The position numbers and the translations under genes are program-made. Below the pieces are notes generated by a model, which was given only the letters and a program-made list of their open reading frames with translations, was not told where the DNA came from and made no database searches. Shown in pieces: positions 49,051 through 57,958 of a stretch of DNA of 64,000 nt (position 1 is the first letter of the stretch; every line of letters begins with the position of its first letter). This stretch comes from Candidatus Latescibacterota bacterium (lineage in GTDB: Bacteria > Latescibacterota > UBA2968 > GCA-2709665), in NCBI GenBank assembly GCA_965219455.1, contig OZ244744.1:2880001-2944000 (forward strand), given 5' to 3'.

Positions 49051-50731
49051 CCTGACTAATTCATGAAACTGAACGGAACAGTGTTTTTGGAAATAGAAAG
49101 TGATCTGTAGAAGGGAAAATATCCGAATGACGTGTTGGTGACGCGATGATGAGTAATTTTGGATGTGCCGTCAGCATTGAGGGGTGTCGAGTTCTTTGAT
49201 TTGTGGTTGGAAAGGACAGACGGATGCCTTGGTCTTACTTTGTGGCGATGAGAAAGGGATGGATCGGCCGGCGTGAAACGGCGTTATGGATATGCCTTTG
49301 CCAAATTACAGAGGATGGTGTCATAAAGGTGTTTCAAGGGAAATGATGTTGGCAAATGGAGTTTGATTTTGGTCTTGAGTTCGGACACTCGCCCGGCGAC
49401 TTTGAGAATGCGATTCTGAATGGTATTAAACTGGGCGTGCGTCCACTGGGTAGCCCGGAGTCCTTTTTCGGTAAGGGTATGCATCAAGACATAAGCGGCA
49501 CTATGCAGGAAGAGACGGAAGTGATTGGCTTCGAAGGTGTGGCAGGAGGTACGATCGGAATGGAGGAAGGTTTTGTGATTCTTGATGAAGTTTTCCATCC
49601 TGCCGCGCGCGCTATAGACGGTTTTGTAGATGAATGAGGGCTGGCTACTTTTCAGGTTGGTCACGACAAAGCGTGTATTGGCTTGTCCGGAAGCGGTGAT
49701 TTCAGCTTTGTAGATGATGCGTCTTGGCACGGCCCAGGTATGTGCCTGGTAAGCGAAACAGGTAAATAACTGCACGGGCTGTCCGGTTTCCCGATACTGG
49801 GCCTTTGCCTGCTCGATCAACGCGTGTCCCCGTTGTGCAAGCCTGGCATTGCCCGTCTGTCCCAGCACAAAATACACGTCTTGCTCGTCGCAAAAGTCGT
49901 GGACCTCAGGACAGGAAAAATGGCCATCGCCACGCAAAAAGAGTCGCACGTCCGGCCACGCCTCACGAAGGATTTTCACCAGTCGCTTAAGAATGCTGAC
50001 AATCTGTTTGCCGGTAGGACGGGCGCCCGGACGCAGCAGCGTCGTGATCAGTCTTCCTGTCCGGCCTTCATAAATGTGCAAGGGCATGTAACAGCGTTCA
50101 TCGTAATAGCCATTGAACAACGACAACTGTTGCTTGCCGTGAACCTCGTCATCGGTGTCATCGATATCCAGAACGACCGCGTCGGGAGGCCTATCGTAGG
50201 ACGCGATAAATCCGTCCACAAGGGCCTCGGCAATACGATATAAGTCCCTGCGACGAATCCCGTTTTCCAATCGACTCATCGTGGGTTGGCTGGCCAACGG
50301 CGCCCCTGATATCGGCAACCGATCACAGGCCGCCTTGAACGCAGGGTCCTCGCGCAACGCATTGCAATCGTTCGCATCTTCATACGCGCACGCGATCTGA
50401 AAGACACGCTGGCTGATCAGGTCCATCATCGTGTGATCCACATAACTTGGATGCCGACGGTCCGTTAACGCCTCGACGATCCGAGACAGGATGCCGATTT
50501 TGGACGCCACCTCTCGGAGCAGCATCAACCCGATATCGCTGGTGAGCACACCGCCATCGAAGACGGCTTCTACCGGTTTGCCCGAAACACTTGCGAAAGG
50601 AAGTGCGAGTTGACTATCTTGAACTTCCACGGTAGTTTCCTCCCAGTTCATTGTTGTATGGTTATTCGCCTAACCATAATATAATACAATGACTTGGGTA
50701 AGGAAACTACCTTTTTTGTGAATAATTGGGG
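49051..50731 (-). mobile_element. IS1380-family insertion sequence (1681 bp) with 4-bp target duplication CTAA
   Basis: Imperfect terminal IRs CCTGACTAATTCATGAAA and (reverse complement) CCCCAATTATTCACAAAA; CTAA at 49047-49050 and 50732-50735. Confidence 0.88.
49284..50651 (-). CDS. IS1380-family DDE transposase (true start probably GTG 50630)
   Basis: FDGG.LTSD.G, YEDANDC..LR.DP, LASQPTMSRLEN, LDIDDTDD..HG.Q, LRGDGHF, Y..RGRMENFIK. Confidence 0.92.
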   Translation of the reverse strand: MNWEETTVEVQDSQLALPFASVSGKPVEAVFDGGVLTSDIGLMLLREVASKIGILSRIVEALTDRRHPSYVDHTMMDLISQRVFQIACAYEDANDCNALREDPAFKAACDRLPISGAPLASQPTMSRLENGIRRRDLYRIAEALVDGFIASYDRPPDAVVLDIDDTDDEVHGKQQLSLFNGYYDERCYMPLHIYEGRTGRLITTLLRPGARPTGKQIVSILKRLVKILREAWPDVRLFLRGDGHFSCPEVHDFCDEQDVYFVLGQTGNARLAQRGHALIEQAKAQYRETGQPVQLFTCFAYQAHTWAVPRRIIYKAEITASGQANTRFVVTNLKSSQPSFIYKTVYSARGRMENFIKNHKTFLHSDRTSCHTFEANHFRLFLHSAAYVLMHTLTEKGLRATQWTHAQFNTIQNRILKVAGRVSELKTKIKLHLPTSFPLKHLYDTILCNLAKAYP

Positions 50732-50762
50732 CTAAAACGGCTTAAAATGACAGGGCCCTTTT

Positions 50763-51329
50763 ATGTATAGCTTTTGGATATTTTGTCTGTTGGCGTTCTT
50801 GCCGGCATTAGCTGAGGCACAACAAAAAGGATGGAGGATCGAGAAATCGGTTGATCCAATGACTGATTCTATAACTGTTAAACTTTCAAACACAGGAACT
50901 AATATTTATGAGGATAGTGATGATCGTATCGTTCTTACACTAACCTGTCGCGGCAGGGATGGAAACACCAGAACTTTCCTTGGCTTACATATTATAACAA
51001 GATCCGTAGTTAATCCGGACAAAAATCAATTACACCATATAGCTATGCGCTTTGGTAGAGAAACTAAAAATATCGTTTTTCCAAACTGGAAAAGTAAGGT
51101 AACGTCATTAAGAAAAGAATCATCTGTCGAACACACAATTAAAATGGAAGCACGACTTGTTGAAAAACGCACTAAATTCATAATCCATAAACTAAAGTCC
51201 GGAGTTTATGCTCAACTATTAATTAAAGCAATAGTTCCACCGTTGGTTGATATAATGACTTTTAGACTGAACATTGCAGGATCAAGATATCAGGTACGAA
51301 AGTTCTTTAGGCAATGCGAAAAGAAGTGA
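50763..51329 (+). CDS. Low-GC hypothetical exported protein
   Basis: Signal peptide ending ALAEA; W..EKSVDPMTD motif; two Cys in the mature part; markedly more AT-rich than its flanks. Confidence 0.7.
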   Translation: MYSFWIFCLLAFLPALAEAQQKGWRIEKSVDPMTDSITVKLSNTGTNIYEDSDDRIVLTLTCRGRDGNTRTFLGLHIITRSVVNPDKNQLHHIAMRFGRETKNIVFPNWKSKVTSLRKESSVEHTIKMEARLVEKRTKFIIHKLKSGVYAQLLIKAIVPPLVDIMTFRLNIAGSRYQVRKFFRQCEKK

Positions 51330-51405
51330 ACTGCCTTTACTTATCATAAGGAAGGCCTTGGACGCAACGCGTAAATCGTTCCGACCATGATTTAGAGGAC
51401 AGAAG

Positions 51406-52524
51406 ATGACTTCCAGAATCGCGATAGTGCTGTTGATCGTCTCGAGCTTCTGGGCTTGCGGAGGAGATTCGGTGACGACGTCGGAGCCGCCCGCCCTTGA
51501 AAGGGGTCTCCAGGAGGTCGGAAATCTGACTCGACCCCGGTATCAGCACGTCGCGACGTTATTGCCGGATGGCAAAGTACTGATCGCCGGTGGCTACAAG
51601 GAGGGGATCCCGAACTTCACCGACGTATCGAATCGTCACATCAGCGCGGAGATATTCGATCCGGTAACCGGGACCTCTTCGCAAACGGGAAACATGACCG
51701 TCGGTCGATCCACGGACCACGGAATATTGCTTCCCGACGGTCTCGTTCTGATTATACCCAGATATCATGATTTCCCCATTGAAATATACGATCCTCACGC
51801 CGCTCGATTCAACGCAGTGGCGAAAATACCCTGGTATCCGCCCATTACCACCGTAAATCTGCTTCAAAGCGGCAAGATATTCGTGACGACCCAGCAGCAC
51901 ACTGCTGTCTTCGACCCTGTTGCGAGCGCCTTCTCCCCAATAGTCGCGTTGGAGAAAACACGAAAAAACCATTCGGCGACTTTGCTGAAGGACGGCCGCG
52001 TGCTGATCGTTGGAGGAACACGCGGGGGAATTGACAACGAGTTGACCGGACGGAATCTGATTTACGAACCCTCGTCAAATGCCTTTGCGGAAGCTGGTGA
52101 TCTGCAGGTCGACCGATGGGGCCATACTACGGTGCTTCTTCCGGACGGCAGGGTTCTGATCGTTGGCGGCCATACCGGTTCAGAGCATGCAAACCTTGCC
52201 GAGATGTACGACCCCGATACAAACACGTTCTGGCCGGCCGGAACTTCTGCCATTTGGCCTGCCGCCGCCCTGCTGCTGCCGTCCGGCAGAGTGTTTTTCA
52301 TCCACGGGCCTACAGGCAATATCGTACTGTACAATCCCGCTACACATGTATTTTCACCCACAGGGCACAACATAGGACCATGGCGGGACGAGGCTTCGGT
52401 CACGCTGCTTGAAGACGGCCTGGTAATGATTGCGGGAGGCTGGAAGTACAGGGACAGCTCGACACAAAGTGGCGATGGACAAGAGCGGGAGATCACGGAT
52501 CAGGTCCATATATTCACGCCTTGA
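51406..52524 (+). CDS. Kelch-repeat lipoprotein K4
   Basis: RBS AGAGGA; lipobox-like FWACGG; Kelch repeats. Confidence 0.87.
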   Translation: MTSRIAIVLLIVSSFWACGGDSVTTSEPPALERGLQEVGNLTRPRYQHVATLLPDGKVLIAGGYKEGIPNFTDVSNRHISAEIFDPVTGTSSQTGNMTVGRSTDHGILLPDGLVLIIPRYHDFPIEIYDPHAARFNAVAKIPWYPPITTVNLLQSGKIFVTTQQHTAVFDPVASAFSPIVALEKTRKNHSATLLKDGRVLIVGGTRGGIDNELTGRNLIYEPSSNAFAEAGDLQVDRWGHTTVLLPDGRVLIVGGHTGSEHANLAEMYDPDTNTFWPAGTSAIWPAAALLLPSGRVFFIHGPTGNIVLYNPATHVFSPTGHNIGPWRDEASVTLLEDGLVMIAGGWKYRDSSTQSGDGQEREITDQVHIFTP

Positions 52525-52539
52525 GTGTGAAATTAAAAA

Positions 52540-53050
52540 ATGGACCTCTCCCCCCAGCCCTCTCTCCTGCGAGGAGAGGGGGAGCCGAATGAAGTGTTGC
52601 GTAAACAACGTTTTATACGCGCCGTGAATGCTCGGACAACGCCATCTCGGCACCCTCACTCTGAGGAAGCCGGTGTGAAGGTGGGGCAGACATTCCTGTC
52701 TGCCCGCTTCGCCAGCGTTCTGAGCTTGCCTTGAGGCTTGCGATGTCTCCGCGCAAATTTGTTTACTGTGCTATTGCGTCAGGACAATCGATCAGACGGG
52801 AGATTCTTCGACTACGCTCAGAATGACATGCTTTGCAATAACCATCAGCGAATTCTGTCTGTCAGGTATCGGCAAATGATTGTCATCCTGAGGAGGCCCT
52901 GTCTGCCGTGCTCGGCACAGGCAGGCGTCAGGCCGACGAAGGATCTACTGCGGCATCGGATCATGCCCAAGCGTCTTGCATTCGGTCCGACCGGACAGGC
53001 GGCACAACCGCTCCCCTCTCCGTGCCGGGGAGGGGCCGGGGGAGGGGTCG
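52540..53050. repeat. Intergenic REP-like repeat cluster with nested 28-bp insert (52898-52925)
   Basis: GTGGGGCAGACATTCCTGTCTGCCC at 52681; GAGATTCTTCG..CTCAGAATGACA at 52800; GTCATCCTGAG..GAAGGATCT at 52882; CCCTCTC..GAGGGG hairpins. Confidence 0.8.
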
Positions 53051-53133
53051 CGTTCCAGGACGCGGTAAATAGGCCGCAGACGCGACGTCCAACTCTTGGC
53101 AGCCGGCTCTTTTCTTGTCGCGGAGGACACATA

Positions 53134-54279
53134 ATGACAGCCAGAATCTTGTTTGCGCTGTTCGTCGTCTCCAGCTTATGGGGCTGTGGAAGCGAATCGG
53201 TGACGACGTCGGAGCCGCCGGCGCTGGAACGGGGTCTCCACGAGGTCGGAATAATGACCCAACCCCGTTATCAACATGCCGCGACGTTATTGCTGAATGG
53301 CAGGGTACTGATCGCCGGAGGCTACGCGGAATTGCTTCCCACATTCACAGAGCCCCCTCCGCCCAATACCGTCTTTCCCCAACCGAAGCGTCATATCAGC
53401 GCGGAAATATTCGATCCTGAAACCGGGACGTCTTCGCCAACGGTAGACATGACCGTCGGTCGTGACTCTGATAACGGCATCCTGCTTCCGGACGGTCGCG
53501 TCCTGATTGTGCCCGGATATGGTCATCTCCCCATTGAGATGTACGATCCACATTCCGGCAGATTCGATGTCGTGGCGCACGTACCCTCAAATGCAATGAT
53601 TTCGACCGCGACCCTGCTGCCCAGTGGAAAGGTCTTTGTCACTGCCATGGAACACACGGGTGTCTTCGACCCGGATGCGCGCGCATTTACCTCCATATTC
53701 GCGATGGACCATCGACGTAGACTGCATACGGCGAGTCTGATGAAGGACGGCCGAGTGCTGATCGTTGGAGGAATACGCGGCGGAATCAAGGACGGGATGG
53801 TCGGACGGAATCTGATTTACGATCCCTCGTCCAAGGCCTTTGCGGAAGCCGGGAATCTACAGTTCGACCGCTTATTCCATAAGGCGGTGCTCCTTCAGGA
53901 CGGCAGGGTCCTGATCATCGGCGGTATTGCCGGTGAAGGGCCTTTCGTACCTACAGCCGAGATGTACGATCCCGAAACAAACGCGTTTTCGCCGGCCGGC
54001 GTTTCTGCAATCGATCCGAGCGCCGCCCTGCTGTTGCCGTCCGGCAAAGTGCTCCTTATCCGCTCGATTAACGGCGACATCGTACTTTACGATCCGGCCG
54101 CACATGAATTTTCTCCTACAGGGCACAGCATAGGGTGGCGGTCGCAGCCTACGGTAACTCTGCTTACAGACGGCCGCGTGATGGTTGCCGGTGGATCGAA
54201 GGACAAGGAGAGTTCCACAGCCGGCGGACATGTGTTCGAAGAGGAGATCACGGATCAGGTACTGATATTCACGCCTTGA
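53134..54279 (+). CDS. Kelch-repeat lipoprotein K5
   Basis: RBS GGAGGA, ATG 53134; lipobox LWGCGS. Confidence 0.87.
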   Translation: MTARILFALFVVSSLWGCGSESVTTSEPPALERGLHEVGIMTQPRYQHAATLLLNGRVLIAGGYAELLPTFTEPPPPNTVFPQPKRHISAEIFDPETGTSSPTVDMTVGRDSDNGILLPDGRVLIVPGYGHLPIEMYDPHSGRFDVVAHVPSNAMISTATLLPSGKVFVTAMEHTGVFDPDARAFTSIFAMDHRRRLHTASLMKDGRVLIVGGIRGGIKDGMVGRNLIYDPSSKAFAEAGNLQFDRLFHKAVLLQDGRVLIIGGIAGEGPFVPTAEMYDPETNAFSPAGVSAIDPSAALLLPSGKVLLIRSINGDIVLYDPAAHEFSPTGHSIGWRSQPTVTLLTDGRVMVAGGSKDKESSTAGGHVFEEEITDQVLIFTP

Positions 54280-54289
54280 ATGCGCACGT

Positions 54290-54520
54290 GCGCCCACACG
54301 CTGAAGGAAGGCGTGAGGCTGAGGATGTCTCCGAGCAGATGTGTTACCGTGGGTTTCCGGCTTACGGACACCCGAACAGACGGGAGATTCTTCGACTCCG
54401 CTCAGAATGCCATGCCTTCCAATAACCATCAGCGAAATGTGTCGGTCACACGTCGGCACAAGTTGTCGTGTTGAGGAAGCCGATGCGAAGGTGGGGCAGA
54501 CATTCCTGTCTGCCCGCCTC
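54290..54520. repeat. Intergenic REP-like repeats homologous to the spacers after K2 and K4
   Basis: 54317-54410 is near-identical to 33277-33370; GTGGGGCAGACATTCCTGTCTGCCC at 54491. Confidence 0.8.
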
Positions 54521-54550
54521 GCGATCGTTCTGGCAAAAAGGAGACACAAG

Positions 54551-55684
54551 ATGACCACCAGAATTGGACTCGCGCTATTGGTTGTCACGAGCTTCTGCGC
54601 TTGCGGAAGCGACTCGGTGACGACGTCGGAGCCCCCGGCGCTTGAAAGGGGTCTCCACGAGGTCGGAAACCTGACTCGACCCCGGTATTGGCATGCCGCG
54701 ACATTATTGCAGAATGGCAAGGTCTTGATCGCCGGCGGCTATGCGGAGTTGATTAAGAGGCATCAGGGACGACCTCCCCCGAATACAATTACGCCCCAGA
54801 CAGAGCGTCATATCAGCGCCGAAATATTCGATCCTGAAACCGGGACCACCAGGCCTACGGGAGACATGACCGTCAATCGCAGAGAGGACCACGGAATATT
54901 GCTTCCCGACGGCCGAGTTCTGATCATACCCGGATTTCGTTATTTCCCCATTGAGATGTACGATCCTGATTCCGGCAGATTCGACGCAGTGGCATTCATG
55001 CAGGAGGCGGGGATCGAGACGGCCACCCTGCTGCCAAACGGAGAGGTCTTTTTGACCAGCACGGTACACGCCGGTGTCTTCGACACCATTACGGGGACAT
55101 TTCCCGCCACGTTCGCGAATTATCGTCCCCGATGGCGCCACACGGCGACTTTGCTGAAGGACGGCAGGGTGTTGATCGTTGGAGGGGTGCATTTCGGAAG
55201 GGAAACGCACCTGGCCGGGAGGAATCTGATTTACGACCCCTCGTCCAAAGCCTTTTCGGAAGCCGCGAAGCTTCAGTTCGACCGCAGGAATCATAAAGCG
55301 GTGCTTCTCCAGGACGGAAGGGTCCTGATCATAGGCGGTGGCGATGCCGATTTGCGGACGTTTCGACAGACAGCGGAGATATACGACCCTGAAACAGACT
55401 CGTTTTCGCCGGCCGGCGTTTCCAACATCGACCCGAGCGCCGCCGTGCTATTGCCGTCCGGCGATGTGCTCCTCATCCAATCATGGAAAGGTGATATCAC
55501 ACTGTATAATCCAGCCACACACGCATTTTCTCCAACAGGACACAGCATAGGGTGGAGGGATACGCCTACGGTAACGCTGCTTGCCGACGGCCGCGTGATG
55601 ATTGCCGGCGGATCGAAGAATACAGGCAGTGGACACACGTTCAAGGAGGAGATTACGGACCAGATCCTGATCTTCACGCCTTAG
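54551..55684 (+). CDS. Kelch-repeat lipoprotein K6
   Basis: RBS AGGAGA, ATG 54551; FCACGS lipobox-like. Confidence 0.87.
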   Translation: MTTRIGLALLVVTSFCACGSDSVTTSEPPALERGLHEVGNLTRPRYWHAATLLQNGKVLIAGGYAELIKRHQGRPPPNTITPQTERHISAEIFDPETGTTRPTGDMTVNRREDHGILLPDGRVLIIPGFRYFPIEMYDPDSGRFDAVAFMQEAGIETATLLPNGEVFLTSTVHAGVFDTITGTFPATFANYRPRWRHTATLLKDGRVLIVGGVHFGRETHLAGRNLIYDPSSKAFSEAAKLQFDRRNHKAVLLQDGRVLIIGGGDADLRTFRQTAEIYDPETDSFSPAGVSNIDPSAAVLLPSGDVLLIQSWKGDITLYNPATHAFSPTGHSIGWRDTPTVTLLADGRVMIAGGSKNTGSGHTFKEEITDQILIFTP

Positions 55685-55817
55685 GGGGGATACAGGTGGC
55701 AAAACTATCAATTTGAGGAAGCCGACGTGAACGTGGGGTGGGCATTCCTGTTTGCCCGCCCGGCCGGTCCTGTCGTGTAGCTGTCGCGTTCACAGACCCT
55801 TGACGCGGGAGAAAAAG

Positions 55818-56960
55818 ATGAATGCCAAAATCGCAATGGCGCTGTTTATCGTCTCGAGCTTATGGGCATGCGGAGGCGATACGGTGACGACGCCGGAACC
55901 ACCCGCACTCGAACGGGGTCTTCACGAGGTCGGTAATTTGAGCAAGCCCCGGTATTGGCATGCCGCGACATTATTGCGGAATGGCAAGATCCTGATCGCC
56001 GGCGGCACCGCGGAACTACCTACAGGACGCGAGCACCCCGCTCCCGGCGTTCCCGTCATCCTTGGCCAGCGCCCAGGTCGACTTGCCAGCGCGGAGATAT
56101 TCGACCCCGAAACCGGAATATCTTCGCCAACGGGTAGCATGACCGTCAGTCGTTACGCAGACCACGGAATATTGCTTCCCGACGGCCGAGTCCTTTTCGT
56201 ACCCACATTTGGTCATTTCCCCTTTGAGATGTACGATTTTCACTCCGCCAGATTCGATTTTGTGACAATACTGTACCCGGGCATTTCGATCCGGACTACC
56301 TCGCTGCTGGCCAACGGAAAGGTCTTTTTGACCACCACGGAACTCGCCGGTGTCCTGGACCCCGCTACAGGCACAATTTCCGCGATTATCTGGATGGATC
56401 ATCCGCGATTTGGCCATACGGCGACTGTGATGAAGGACGGCAGGGTGCTGATCGTTGGAGGGAAGCTTGTAAAAGGGGACGGCGGATTGGTTGGCCGGAA
56501 CCTGATTTACGATCCCTCGACCGGAGCTTTTTCAGAGGCAGGCGATCTGCAGTTCGACCGACTAAATCACACAGCGGTGCTCCTTCAGGACGGCGGAGTC
56601 CTGATCATGGGCGGTAGCGATGCCGATTTTCGGTCGTCCGTACAGACGGCGGAAATGTACGACCCTGAATCAGACTCGTTTTCGCCAGTCGGCGTTTCGA
56701 CAATTGAACCACTGGCAGCGCGTTTGCTGCCGACCGGCGACGTGCTCCTCATCCGCCAGGATAACGGTGATATCGTACTATTCAATCCCGCAACACATGC
56801 GTTCTCTCCCACGGGACACAGCATAGGGTGGCGGACACGGCCTACGGTAACGCTGCTTGCAGACGGTCGCGTGATGATTGCCGGCGGATCGAAGGATACA
56901 GGCAGTGGACACACGTTGAAGGAGGAGATTACGGATCAGGTCCATATATTCACGCCTTAG
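55818..56960 (+). CDS. Kelch-repeat lipoprotein K7
   Basis: RBS GGGAGA, ATG 55818; LWACGG lipobox. Confidence 0.87.
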   Translation: MNAKIAMALFIVSSLWACGGDTVTTPEPPALERGLHEVGNLSKPRYWHAATLLRNGKILIAGGTAELPTGREHPAPGVPVILGQRPGRLASAEIFDPETGISSPTGSMTVSRYADHGILLPDGRVLFVPTFGHFPFEMYDFHSARFDFVTILYPGISIRTTSLLANGKVFLTTTELAGVLDPATGTISAIIWMDHPRFGHTATVMKDGRVLIVGGKLVKGDGGLVGRNLIYDPSTGAFSEAGDLQFDRLNHTAVLLQDGGVLIMGGSDADFRSSVQTAEMYDPESDSFSPVGVSTIEPLAARLLPTGDVLLIRQDNGDIVLFNPATHAFSPTGHSIGWRTRPTVTLLADGRVMIAGGSKDTGSGHTLKEEITDQVHIFTP

Positions 56961-56989
56961 AGAGACACAGGAGCCGTCACTGAAAATCT

Positions 56990-57160
56990 GAGGGAGCCGG
57001 TGTGAAGGTGGGGCGGACATTCCTGTCTGCCCGCCTCGCGTATCCTTCTGAGGAGGCCGAATTGGCGGCGATGTCTCCGCGCAAATTTGTTTACTGTGCT
57101 ATTGCGTCAGGACAATCGATTAGACGGGAGATTCTTCGACTTCGCTCAGAATGACATGGG
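56990..57160. repeat. Intergenic REP-like repeats homologous to the spacer after K4
   Basis: GTGGGGCGGACATTCCTGTCTGCCC at 57008; 57070-57158 is near-identical to 52742-52830. Confidence 0.8.
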
Positions 57161-57226
57161 GGTCGATTGTCAGATCGAAGGAATGGCGCGCGAGAACCTG
57201 TCTGCAAAACGGAAAAGGATAACGAT

Positions 57227-57763
57227 ATGCAACTGAAGTTTGGATGGAAGTCCTGGGTGTTGATGGCGGTCGCGGTGGTCCTGGCGGGCGTCGCGTTGGG
57301 TCAGATTCTCGTGGAGACGCCGGAGCCGGAGAACGCGCTGCCCATGGGCCCGGCCGCACCCGACTTTGCACTTGAAAGTCCGGACGGTTCGGTCATCCGG
57401 CTGTCCGACAATAAGGGCCGTGTTGTCCTGATCAACTTCTGGGCCACCTGGTGCGTGCCGTGCCTGTACGAATTACCCCACGTTCAGAAATTATACGAAC
57501 GATACCGCAATAAAGGCCTGACCGTACTTGCCATCAGCACGGACTTCGATCGGGCGCGCGTGAAACCGTTTGTAAGGAAAAACGGTTACACCTTTCCGGT
57601 ACTGTTCGCCGATCCGGGCGTTCAATCCGACTACGAAGTCCGGAGCATTCCAACCACCTACCTGATTGACGGGAAGGGCCGTCTCAGGTTCATGCAAATG
57701 GGCTACGGCCCGGACACCGGAACGGAGTTGGAATGGGCCCTCGAACAACTGTTGGGGCGGTAG
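57227..57763 (+). CDS. TlpA/ResA-like thiol-disulfide oxidoreductase
   Basis: N-terminal membrane anchor/signal; APDFAL, INFWATWCVPC, IPTTYLID. Confidence 0.9.
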   Translation: MQLKFGWKSWVLMAVAVVLAGVALGQILVETPEPENALPMGPAAPDFALESPDGSVIRLSDNKGRVVLINFWATWCVPCLYELPHVQKLYERYRNKGLTVLAISTDFDRARVKPFVRKNGYTFPVLFADPGVQSDYEVRSIPTTYLIDGKGRLRFMQMGYGPDTGTELEWALEQLLGR

Positions 57764-57958
57764 ATGGACGGTGGGAGAAATGATTCGAGGAATGGAATTC
57801 GGAATGGCGGGGGCTGCTTAAGCAAACCGGCGGCCGCGCCATGCAGGAGCGCTGAGCCGCCGGTGATCGTACAATTGCCGGATCGGATCGCGGGGATGCA
57901 GTGACCAGAGTCGCATCGGGTGTGCCGATAAATCGACCGACAGGCATCCGCAACGCGT

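Noticed and set aside
6320-57763. Integron cassette array
   Set aside because: Genes are co-oriented and repeat-separated, but I found no paired RYYYAAC/GTTRRRY attC ends and no integrase.
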